Source: Parasitella parasitica NRRL 2501
Taxonomy: Eukaryota; Fungi; Mucoromycota
NCBI GenBank assembly: GCA_025201805.1
Contig: MU619259.1
Coordinates: 37,238-101,237, forward strand
DNA length: 64,000 nucleotides
Direction: 5' to 3'
The translations under genes were made by a program, and so were the position numbers. Below, in pieces: positions 24,841-36,500 of this stretch (the first letter of the stretch is position 1; the number at the start of each line of letters is the position of its first letter). The notes under the pieces were generated by a model. It saw only the letters and a program-made list of their open reading frames with translations, was not told where the DNA came from and made no database searches.

Positions 24841-26719
24841 ATGAACACCACTTTTGATTCTCATCATTCTTCATTAGAAGACTATGACCCGGAATCTCTC
24901 CAAGCAAATCCGTTTGCAGAGGAAGGGGATGCTACTAAAGTTTCTTCTCCTGCTTTTCCGCTAGACAGGAATAATGACGAAAATCCGACCGTAGATTCAC
25001 ATGAATCTAATGTAAACAAGCAACTCGATTCTCTCCACTTGAACAATCCAGCACTGAATACTTCAGAGCAAGAACAAGTCATTCAACAAGAAGAGCCGAA
25101 TTTAGACTGCACATCATCATCTCACCATGAAGAAACAGATACCCAAGTATATTTTATAGCTCAAAGAACCGATTCTTCCCAAGAAACTAACAAATGAAAA
25201 CCCTCCTTCTTAGTCAGAATCCTTACAAATACCCAAAAGCGGCTCTCGACCGTATTTCCAAGTCTCAATCGAAGATCCACAAAAAGTAGGTGATGCTATC
25301 AATGCCCATATCGTTTATAAAGTGAGAACAAAGGCAAGTACACAAATGCATTTGCGGATTACTCGACTAAGCTCGATGTACAGACAAACTCCCCATCTTA
25401 TCGCTCTTCTGAATTCGTTGTAGCAAGACGCTATCGAGATTTTTTATGGCTCTATAATCAACTTACACTTGGAAATCCCGGCGTGATAGTGCCACCTGTT
25501 CCTGAGAAACATGCATTAGGTAAGTCCTCATCATTAATAATTTACATGATCTGACAAGTTTCGTCATGTGCATAACCAAAGGTCGATTCCAGGATGACTT
25601 TGTAGAGTCAAGAAGAGTGGCATTAGAACGCTGTTTGCAAAAAATAGTTGCGCATCCCATGTTGTACGGAGACCCTGACTTGAAAGTGTTTTTGGAGAGC
25701 GAATCTTTCAACGTAGAGGTATGTTATGGCTACTTGTGATTAACGCGGCACTCACTGAATCCAATGGTAGAAACGGCAGCGAAGAGCAGAGCCAGAAAAT
25801 TCAAAAATGAGCTTTATGCGATCATTTGGAGAAACAATATCGAATGCAGCAACAAGTCCTTTTACTAAATTTGTCGAAGTGGATGAATGGTTTGAGTCAA
25901 AAAAGAACCAGCTGGATGCTTTGGAAGCACAGCTAAAGGGACTACTAAAGAGTGTAGAAGGCGTCGTAAAACAAAGAAAAGGTAGCACGACAAAATTAGA
26001 CTCAAAGTCGTCCAAACTAACTACATACTGTTGGTAGAATTGGGATCTGCTACTTCTGATTTTGGCGAGAGTATGTTTCCTCTAGCATCAGCTGAACTAA
26101 ATCGAAATCTGTCAACGCATTTAATGGTATTGGGTGAAATCCAGAGAAAAATGAAGGATCTGCACGAGCAACAGGCACAGTATGATATCATTACATTAGA
26201 AAATACAATCGACGAGTATATACGGATTATCGGATCCATTCGAGTAGGCACTTGCAAGACATTACTGATTGACGCGATACTAAAAAGAATTCCTAGATTG
26301 CATTCAATGCTAGAATCAAGGCATATCAAACATATCAGCAAGCTGAATCAGAATATCAAAAGAAAGTGACGATTATGGAAAGGCTTAAACAACAACGCAA
26401 ACCTGAGAAACTAGTGAGCTCACAGCAGGAATTAAACGAGATAAAAGAAAGAGTGGAGGAATTGCAGCAGGATTTTCAAGACATATCAAAGTTGATCAAA
26501 AACGAACTGGATCGCTTTGATAAAGAAAAAGTTGACGATTTCCGCGATAGTGTGGAGCAGTTTCTTCGTAGCATGATTGAACATCAAAAACAGATTATTG
26601 CGCTTTGGGAAACTTATTTTGAGCAAACAGAAGGTTTGAGTGACGAAGAAAATGATGAGGATCAGAATGACGACGAGCGGCAAGGTGTAGAACTTGTTCA
26701 GCAGCAGCAGCAGCAGTAA
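24841..26719 (+). CDS. VPS5: Retromer sorting nexin Vps5 (PX + BAR)
   Basis: PX domain IEDPQKVGDAINAHIVYKVRTK, RRYRDFLWLYNQL...PGVIVPPVPEK...GRFQDDFVESRR. BAR domain DEWFESKKNQLDALE...ELDRFDKEKVDDFRDSVEQFL...IALWETY. Multi-exon, including one GC-AG intron. Confidence 0.95.
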
Positions 26720-27897
26720 TAGTAATTGTGCAGTAAATTAACAACACCAAATATTGCACCACCAAATTACAAATAAATCATCAACAAACAACACTCATTA
26801 TTCATTAACACATTCTCAAAGGACAAGTGTTCAAGATAATAAATTCATTGTGTATGCATAGATATGCAAGTCAGCAACGAGGAAATACGCTTTATATGAT
26901 GGAGCCAGTATAGCACTTTTTTTTTGCTTTGTCAAGTGATCTGTATACTTGACTTTTCTTGCTATTGTAGCAGTGCTTCGGCCAATTTATATATTTGTGT
27001 AGCACAAAAATAATGCTACGAATAATATGATGCATTTTGGTGAATTTAGCCGCCCTTGCAACTTATTTCCCTTGTCATACGTTCAGATGATAGCTACCTG
27101 GAATATCTTGTTTCATTAATTAATTAATTAAAGAAAAAAAAAATGTCCTGAAATAAGCGTACCAATCTTCATCAAGTGCTACCCGCAATTTTGAATGCGG
27201 ATTATTAGAAATGGGGAGATCGTCTATGTTGTATCAGTAGTTTTTTTTTTTTTTAGTTTAAAATCCTACAACTGTACGCCATAGCGAAGAGATACAATAA
27301 GACCGAATGGATATTGGTTCTTCTTCAAAATGGAAAGCACAGCGAAGAATGTAGATATAGGAAGAGGCAGAAGAATGTAAATACCGTCAATAAATGATCT
27401 CGGACACACAATACGAGACATTTGAACTGGGACAGTTGAAGAAACAAGAGGGGACAGACGACTATTCAGTAGAACCAATGGCAAAAAGGAAGGGCTTGAC
27501 ATATAAACCTCGACTTCACAACGCAAATAAAATGAGGGGAAGGATTTAAGAGAAGAAGCGTCGATAAAAACGCTAGTGAGAAACTAATTGCAAAGATTTC
27601 GAGAATCTTCAATGGAAATATTCTTATATGAAGTTAGAGTTATACATGATATTAAGTCCTTGCCTATTCAAAACATGAATAGAGCGCAATGTCTCTTTCT
27701 TCTTTTTTAATTGATACTGTAATAAATATATATATATCTATTATTTGTCATATAATATATTATTTTTGTGGCATAGGCATAAGTTTATTTAAAAGCATAA
27801 GTTTGACCGAAATATATAAAAAAAAAAGCATATAAATAATGTGTATAAGCATAAGTAGAAGCAAAGAAAAAGAGGGGGTTGACAATTATCTTAGAAT

Positions 27898-29577
27898 TTA
27901 AGGTTGATCGATATAAGCATCTCCAATCTTCAAAACCTTGCAGCTTTTATATTTCAAAGAGACAATTCCAGTTTTTTCTGGATCAGGCGACTTTTTACAA
28001 GTTTTTTCAAGAGTTCCATTGATGAATAAATACCATTTAGTTTCCTTGTCAGTTGTCACTTGGTAGTAGCGATTATGTGGCTTAATCACTGTAATAGAAG
28101 CAAAGCTATGATCAGGAAATTCATAATTGCGGAACTCACAATTATAATCAGGTGAAATTGTTAGATTGGATAGCTCAGGACATGTTTTCGAAATGAGCGG
28201 TACAAATTCTTCACTTTTGCAACGAACGTTATCCAAGACCAAATTTTTTATCGTTGTTGCTGTAAATTCGCTCAAAAGATCATTCCAAAGCTTCTTTAGG
28301 GGGTTTGGATTTTCAATCTTCCAATCTTTTAGCTTGAGTGTTTCCAAATGCAGATTTTTCCTCAAAAAATTACCGAGAGGAAAGTCCCGGAAAAGATAAT
28401 AATTTAGAGCTTGTATATCTAAATTCTTAAGGCTTGGGAAAGCTTCCAAGGCGTCGAAAGTTTTACCCATCTTGATATCATCGTAATGAGAAACATATGA
28501 ATAGTTGATCTTCATCGTGTGCACAAAATCTTTCTGGTTAGATTTTAGTACATCCTTGAATTGTCTGAGAGGGTCCTCCTCGGACCATATCGTAATCGTA
28601 ATTTTTTTCAATTTGGCTCCACTTGCATCGATTGCTCCCAAAATTGCCGGTGTGATTGTTTGTATGTTGACATCGTAAGTCTCAAGATATGGACAATGAG
28701 AGACAAATTCGACCAACTGGGTCTCGCCATATCTCTGGTCAAACTGATCTAAAAAGTATACTTGCAAGGTTTTCAAATTCGGGTATTTCATATGCTGTAA
28801 CATGTTTTCATTGTATTCTTTCGAACAGCGAGATATACGAAGCTCTTTCAATGTATTACTTGGAGAAATTGAGAGCCTCTGCTCGTTCACACCAACATAT
28901 GCTAATTCCATATCTTGTAACCAAAGAACCTCTAGTTGTTGTGCGTTACAATGCAGCTGATGTAAATGACTCAGTGACATTGCACCATGTTCCAGTTTTA
29001 GTGTCTTCAGTTTAGGAGCATTCGAAAGTTGTTGAATTAACGAATTACACTTGAATTCGGATCTCTCTTTTCCCACAAACATCACACGCAAATCAACCAG
29101 GTTGCAAAGTCCACCATGCTCCAATATCTTTGAGGACAAACAGTAGTTGTTGCAATCTTGAAAACTAGTGATTCTTTTCCAGTGCTCAGCAATATTTTCA
29201 TTAACAATTATTTTAGATATATCAGATTCATCAGTATCGTAGGGAGTGCCATTCTCCCAGACGAGTTCTTGAAGGTTGGGATGTATTTCTGGCAGAGCTA
29301 ATACGGCCTCAGCTTTAGCAGCATTACTAAAGTAGACCTTAACCCCCAAACGACGGATTTGGTTACGATAAGGCTTGTTTTCTTCTTCTTGGAAATACTG
29401 ATTAAATAGCTTGAAGTTTTCTTCATCCCCAATATGAAAATCTTCATAAAAGTTAGAATGCATGATCAAATTTTGCCACTTTTTACAAGTTCTTGCACAA
29501 TTTTGTTTCTCTGAAAATGTCAAGTAAGTAAAGATTCGGGAAAAAATTTCAGGTGGGAATTCGTTTATATGCTTCAT
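27898..29577 (-). CDS. F-box/leucine-rich-repeat (RNI-like) protein, intronless
   Basis: N-terminal F-box INEFPPEIFSRIFTYLTFSEKQNCARTCKKWQNLI, followed by degenerate LRRs (PNLQELVW, PKLKTLKL, PNLKTLQV, PSLKNLDI, PELSNLTI). Confidence 0.9.
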   Translation of the reverse strand: MKHINEFPPEIFSRIFTYLTFSEKQNCARTCKKWQNLIMHSNFYEDFHIGDEENFKLFNQYFQEEENKPYRNQIRRLGVKVYFSNAAKAEAVLALPEIHPNLQELVWENGTPYDTDESDISKIIVNENIAEHWKRITSFQDCNNYCLSSKILEHGGLCNLVDLRVMFVGKERSEFKCNSLIQQLSNAPKLKTLKLEHGAMSLSHLHQLHCNAQQLEVLWLQDMELAYVGVNEQRLSISPSNTLKELRISRCSKEYNENMLQHMKYPNLKTLQVYFLDQFDQRYGETQLVEFVSHCPYLETYDVNIQTITPAILGAIDASGAKLKKITITIWSEEDPLRQFKDVLKSNQKDFVHTMKINYSYVSHYDDIKMGKTFDALEAFPSLKNLDIQALNYYLFRDFPLGNFLRKNLHLETLKLKDWKIENPNPLKKLWNDLLSEFTATTIKNLVLDNVRCKSEEFVPLISKTCPELSNLTISPDYNCEFRNYEFPDHSFASITVIKPHNRYYQVTTDKETKWYLFINGTLEKTCKKSPDPEKTGIVSLKYKSCKVLKIGDAYIDQP

Positions 29578-30179
29578 GTTATGATAAAAGGTTATATTTC
29601 ATCAATGTGAAGTTATGAAAGGGAGTATTTATATCAGATCGCCATCTTCAATTTTAGTAAGCCCTATTGTATTCTTAAACAAAGAACTAAACCAATGTAA
29701 TAATACAAAGATCGTTCACAATAGCGTTATGATCATCAATAATATGAGAACAATGAATTTTTGTCTCTTTGAGAAAATGTCATGGTATATACTTTCATTC
29801 ATTGTCCTGGGCATCATTTGCTGAAAGTTAGCTGATTAATAGCCTTTTTGTTTTATATTGCGCATCAAGAGTAGGTGGAGCAACGGCCAACTTGATTGCG
29901 AATTAGGTACACATGGGAAAAGATGAATAATGTACGCACAAAGCAAGAAAAAACAAAAGGGGGCGACGGTACTTCATGCCACACACGATCAGAAGATACT
30001 ATGGCGTCTTGATTTTGATTTTCAAAATATTTTTAGTTGGTACATTTCACATTTCAGAGTTGAAGCATAAGCAGAAGCAAAGTCTTGAATTTATTCTTGC
30101 TATTTTTTTTTTTTTTTTCAATGTCTCATCTGTGCTCGACACAGTGGACATAGCCGAAATCATTATTGTTGCACCATGC

Positions 30180-30860
30180 AATACACTTATTTTGTGCAAC
30201 ATGAATACTGAGAGAGGAATACCATTCATATAGCTCTGATGATCTATAAGGTAAAAGATGAATGGAACCACAAAGAACTTATTGGTCATCAGCCAAGCGG
30301 CACAACCAAAAGGTGAGGTGAAAGCAAAGGATCGACACACAAAGAAGTAACGCATCCAGAAGCTTTGTGAGTAAGATGTAGCAAAAAGATATAAACAAGC
30401 CATTTTCTAGCACGGATTGCAAAGCAATTTCTTCTGGTGTTATTGCCATGTAAAAGCTTATTTTCCACAATTTAATTTTTAGTGCAAAGGACACCATGTT
30501 ATGACACTTGCTGGATCTAGCCCTGACTTCAAAATGTGGAAAGCAATCATGGGTCAATGCCGTAGATACCGTAGGTTTACTTTACAGAGATACATACCAT
30601 CCATTAGCCTTCAGGAGGAAACTCAAAAATAAATGTGCTTTATACGGTAAATATGCCAATCATCTGATAGCTGGTTGTCGACGTATAATGGATGCATGGA
30701 ACAGCATTTGCAAGACAATTCTTGCGCTAGGTACCTCACAATAGCTACTTTACACCAAGATTAGCACTTTGTTCACTTACGGTACACCTGTCAAGTATTC
30801 TCCCAAATTTGACATCCAAAGTGCAGGCTTTTGCCATGGTATCATTGACAACATTTATAT
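30180..30860 (+). mobile_element. Possible degenerate non-LTR retrotransposon (LINE) 3' fragment, zf-RVT-like
   Basis: Broken frames include FKMWKAI... and KNKCALYGKYANHLIAGCRRIMDAWNSI, resembling the CxxC...HL...C....W tail of LINE ORF2. Many stops. Confidence 0.3.
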
Positions 30861-31271
30861 ACATTCACGTGTAAGCCCGCCAGTCTCAATCTCATCATGT
30901 TTCTTTGTCTTGGTGTTATGTGAGCTTATGCACCCACTGGGCAGAGCATAAAGAGTCAAGTTGGCCAAAATGGATAGGGGTGATTTTTATGCCGCTAACC
31001 GCAAATCACCTTTGATAGCGCGGCGGGGACTTGAGAAAGCATGCAACGTTTTCCCTAACCACCATTCCTCCTATCTCACTCTCCTTTTTTTCTTGTATTT
31101 GAAAGATGGGGGATTTGACCTATTCATGATGTTGCAATCGCAATGCAGCCTACGACGTCACATGCCTACCTTTTCTATGACGCTTCAATCACAAAAGCGT
31201 GCTGCAAAGAAAACAGGCGGCCAGTGTCTTTACTCTTCTAGCTGCTACTACTACTGCTACTACTACTACTA

Positions 31272-32550
31272 ATGGTGTCTTCTTTTCTGGCAAGTGCTCG
31301 AGACACAATCTATGCACTAACGTCATGTTGCTTTCCGAATCCAACGCTATACATCAACAAGAAAAACTACAAGGTGCTCAGTCTTCTAGGCGAAGGGTAA
31401 GAGGAGAGCAGCAAGGAGAAAAATTCAAATTATTCAACATTTGCATGTAGTGGGTATTCGTATGTTTATCTGGTCCGCGAAGAGTCCAGCCAAAGAGTGT
31501 TTGCCTTGAAGAAGATCCGGTGTCCCATGGGCGATAGCAGCGCTCTATCAGATGCAATGCACGAAGTGGATATGTATGATTTGTTTCAAAATGAGCACAT
31601 AATCCGGGTTTTGGTAAGACTAAAACACAAAACGTCCAGACAGACAGACAGACAGACACTGAAGCAGAGCACACTCACCGCAGGATACAAGCGTACTGGA
31701 CGATTCCGATGGCACCAAAACTGTCTACATATTCTTGCCCTATTACAAAAGAGGCAATCTGCAAGACAATATTAATGCAAACAACATCAACAAGTCATAT
31801 TTCCCTGAAAGGGATTTATTAGAGTTTTTCTTGAAGGTGTGCTTTGCATTAAAAGTACTTCACAACCATCATTTACCTGGATGCGAAACAGCAGTAGCAG
31901 CAGCAGCAGCAGATGATGATGATGATGGTGATGATGATGATCATTTGGTGCCTTATGGTAAGAAGACATTGGCTGTTGCATCATCATGATGACATTTGGT
32001 TTTTTTAACACACAAGTAGCCCATCGTGATCTGAAGCCAGGCAACATTCTCATCTCAGACGACGGCAAAACACCCATTCTTATGGACTTTGGCTCAGTGA
32101 TGAAAGCCCGTGTCCACATACGGTCCAGACAGGATGGTTTGTTACAGCAGGATATTGCAGCAGAGCACTCTACGATCCCATACCGAGCGCCAGAGTTGTA
32201 CGATGTGCAGACGGGAACAACGCTCGATGAGAAGGTGGACATTTGGAGCTTGGGATGCACAATCTACGCAGCGGCGTATGGACAGAATCCCTTTGAAGCT
32301 AGCGTCAACGAAATGGGAGGTTCAATTGCGTTAGCCATCTTGAATGGTCAGTACAAGTTTCCGCTTGACAAGGAGCAAGATGACCCTTTCAGTGACGAAT
32401 TCAAAAGTTTTATCCGCTTTCTATTGGTGATTGATCCCAAAGAACGACCAGACATAAACCAGGTAAGTGCAGAAATGGCATCATGTGTGTCTTGTGTTTA
32501 ATATGGCTGCTACGCAGGTCATTGAAAAACTGGAAGCCATTTTACAATAG
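31272..32550 (+). CDS. ENV7: Ser/Thr kinase, NAK family (Env7/STK16-like)
   Basis: N-terminus MVSSFL...LTSCCFPNP (palmitoylation-type Cys pair). Kinase motifs LLGEGGYS, FALKKIRCP, LPYYKRGNLQD, AHRDLKPGNIL, LMDFGS, AAEHSTIPYRAPELYDV and DEKVDIWSLGC. Four introns. Confidence 0.92.
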
Positions 32551-32933
32551 AGTTACTAATAATACAACATTTAATAAAATTAAATATATATCAGCGATTA
32601 CTGCGCTACACTGCAGGTTTTGTGAACATCATTTGATGTGTCTACAGCCTTTTTTGTAACGGAAATGCATCGATCAGCTGCACCATGAGTATGCACAGCA
32701 GGTCTTATTTTTATCAAACTGTCGTCATGATCCATCGCAGCAGCGCAGTGGAATAGAAGAGCTAGATTTTCATGCATATTGCAACATGTTTGTTTAAGGG
32801 AATATTGCCTCACTTTATGCTAAAGAACGTGCTGCTGAACAGTGCGATAACGTGTTTGTACATTTCTCTTGCAACAGGGCGTTAAGACATTACAATATAT
32901 GTGTGCGCGGCCAATTAACAAAGATGGAAAAAC

Positions 32934-32966
<33 letters not shown>

Positions 32967-33279
32967 ACTTGAGCACCGAAAAGTAAATTGCTTTATATGG
33001 AACCAACGTAAACAAACGAGCTGTGTTATATTAAAGTGATCAGCGTAGAGAAGGAATCAGACACATGCACTGTTTCAGAGTGCGAGGCAGTGTGAATAGA
33101 AGGCTGCTCGATGTAAGCGTTCCAGTAAGGAGTGCAAACAACAATAACAACAACAAACATGTTTGTATGGCCTGTGCAGCAAAACACATTACATGTTGGC
33201 AAACATTGAAGACCATCAGAGCACGCAGTATTTTCCTGTCTTTCTGTCTCTTTCTCTATTTCTTTTTTTTTTTTTTTTT

Positions 33280-33339
33280 NNNNNNNNNNNNNNNNNNNNN
33301 NNNNNNNNNNNNNNNNNNNNNNNNNNNNNNNNNNNNNNN
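33280..33339. other. Assembly gap (60 N) flanked by poly(T) and poly(A)
   Basis: Run of N between homopolymers. Confidence 0.99.
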
Positions 33340-33589
33340 AAAAAAAAAAGCACAATCACTCAGTCATCATAAGGTAACTTGGCTCTGTGTTTGAAAGCAC
33401 ATCAGATGATCACAGGTCTTTTTGAGTGTACCTTGAATCTATATATATTATTATAAAGTGTGTTGTACATTTTGAATTAGTATATATAAATGATACGGAT
33501 ATAAATTAGACGCAGAAGACTCCATTTTGTTCTTTTTCCCTTTCTTCCCCCATTTAATTTACTTGGATCTTTTACAAACATAGCAAACA

Positions 33590-36500
33590 ATGACAAACGG
33601 TTTGTTTGGCCGTTTATTTGGTGCAAACAAATCCAACAAGAAACTGACCAACGCAGCCAAAAGACAAACCAGTCCATCGACTAGCAAACCACCCTCACCA
33701 TCACCCTCGCCCTCGCCTTCTCCGCCACCATCATTGCCTCAGCTACTTTCACCATCTCCGCCGTTACTGCCAACACCTTCAGCGACACCATCGCCCCCAG
33801 CGCCTTCAGAAGCCCTAGATACTTTGGCCGAGAAATCGAGCAGCGGCACAGATGGTTTCCTGAATAGTCAGCCAGCAAACAGCGATATAGACGGCCATTT
33901 GCAGGACTTGAATAGCTTGATGCATTATAAAGATGAACATCAAGATGAGTACTCTACTATCTCATCGTCTACTTCGTCTTATCCTTCGCTTCAGGATGCG
34001 CTTTTTTCGCACTTGTCTACATCAGACACTCAGTCAGAAATAACCCAGTTTTCAGATTTCCCTAAAATAGCAGTTCGTGCTCAGTCTCAACAAGGGCCTG
34101 ATCGCCGCTCATTGTACACTGTCGCAGATAACACGGACGCAAACACCTGTCTAGATCCTTACGAAACTAGCGGTACAAAGCAGCTGTACGAGCTCTACAT
34201 CGAGGCTCTGCGCTACCTGTCTCCAAAGTCGAGGGATAGGAGCCCAGCGCAAGCATTTCGCTTGTTTGAGTTTGTCGCCAATCAACAGGAAACCTCCAGT
34301 AATGCACGCTATTTGGTTGCTTATGCCCAGTATCGTGCAGGACGCATGTTGTATGAGGCTAATTACACTGCTGATCATCACGATCATGATGAGCACATTA
34401 AACAACAAGGGCTCAAGTATCTGCTTGATGCGTCTAAAAACGGCATCACATGTGCAACTTTCATGTTGGGCTTTTATGCCGAGTGCGATGGCGATATCGA
34501 ATACGCATGCAACCTCTACTACCAGGCTGCCATCAAGGGCCAGCTGTTGGCGAAAGTCTATTTCGGAAACACCGTCTTGTTCAAGCACGTCGATGGATAT
34601 CAGCCCAAAGACGCTGTCCTCATGCTGACCGAGGCAGCTAATCAGGTAGCACTGCTCACTCGTTATTTTTTTTTTTGCGACGTACTAACAATAAACTCAA
34701 TGTAGGGCCATTCGATTGCTTCTCTGTCTCTGGCACTGTATTATGAAAAGATGCATCAGATTGAGACTGCCATCAAGTATACTGCAAAGGTTAATTTGAC
34801 CCCCAAGCATCCTTACTTTTGCATTGCCAACTATCAAATCGGCATCATCTACCTCAAGGCAGGCATCGAGTATGCAGAGGTCGCTTTCCGCTATCTCTCT
34901 GCTTCAGCAAAATCGCACCATTGCGGCAGCAAGTACACTCCAGCATTACGTAAACTGAGTACCCTTTCTTTGATGGGCATTGGCACTGCAAAGAACCCGT
35001 CTGCTGCGTTCAGCTTGATCCAGGAAGCCGCTCGGTTGGGCGACGAGCCAGCAAACATCATTCTGGCCCAAATGTACCAGAGGGGCCAAGGATGCACTGC
35101 AGATCTGTTTTGCGCAATGCAAATATTCGACAATTACCCAAACAACATTGCAGCCAAGCTGTCCAGAGGCCTGCTCGTCATGAACGACAATCCTGAGCAC
35201 GCCTATCGAGAATTCGCTAGCATCATCAAGCACCAAGCAACTCAATTTGACCTGGACCATTATAACGTACAGGCCATCAAGTACGAAGCTAGCGTGCGCA
35301 TCGCTATTTGGGAGTACAATGGAATTGGTGGCACTGAGAAAAATCCTGAAAGAGCATTTCGCACGTTGCAGAAGCTCTCAGACGACTGCAATTACAGTGG
35401 CGCTCACTTTTGGTTGGCAACCGCTTATTTGGATGGCGTCAGGCTTGACGATGGTTCAGTCATAGTGCCCACAAACCAAGACCTAGCCTTTGCCTATTTC
35501 CTCAAAGGCGCCAAGCAGAGCCAGCCTAAATGCCAGTACTACGTCGGTCTCATGCTGCAAAGAGGCTACAGCAACAAGGCCTACAACAAGACACACGCTC
35601 TCTCGTTCTTTATGGATGCTGCCAGCCACAACGACGACATGGCTCTCACACAGGTTGGCGTCTACTACTTTAGTGGAAGCATTGGTACCAACGGTCGTGA
35701 TCTAGACAAGGCGTTTCAGTACTTTTCTGCCGCTGCCAAGCAGAACAATGCGCTGGCCATCCAGTATTTGGCCGACTACATGATCAAGAACACAGCAAGC
35801 GGCCCTATCAATCATTACCACATTTACACAGAGCTAAATCGATCAGCAGGCGCCGACCAGGACCCTATTGCCTACAGAATGCTGGCGCTGGTGGTCTTTA
35901 ACAGCAACATCCACCCCCGTGAGACGTACGAAGATAGAAAGCACCCTGTCTACAAGGATTTAGCCGATATTTACAACAATGCTAAAATTGATGCCATGAT
36001 GACCAAGGCCAACGTCAAGTTCAAGTTTGCATTGCATCTGCTGTGGAGGGCTATCGAGCTGAATGATCACGCTTCTGGCCAGTATCTGTGTAACTTTTAC
36101 GAGCATATGAGCCACGAGGATGTGACCAGAACAATCGAGCTGTTTGAAAAAGTCGAAATTGGTGTACCAAACAAGTAAGTCGGTCGGATACAACAAAATA
36201 GGGTTCGATAAAATAAGCTGCTAAATTTGTCTGTGTCATGTATAGGCTGACTATTGCGTTTGCTCGGTTCTTGAAGGTGTCCAAAAATAGAGCCAGCGCT
36301 TTGGCCAAGTTTATCGAGGTGGCTTCATACAACGCAATCACGACAAGCATTGGCTGGACTTCTCGTCTAGAAGCCGCAAAACTGATCTTGCTGAAAAACC
36401 AAGGAAAAGCTCGCACCAAGAAGCTGGTGTTTACTTGGCTCAACGAAATGATCAAGTTCAATGGCAAAGACTTGCTCGTGCCCTTTGTTCTTTTAGGTAT

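Noticed and set aside
27266-27650. Purine-rich relic-like sequence downstream of the F-box gene
   Set aside because: No recognisable motif in any frame.
31888-31942. (GCA)n(GAT)n tract in the kinase as a separate feature
   Set aside because: It is an in-frame low-complexity insert at a loop that is commonly variable in fungal Env7-like kinases.
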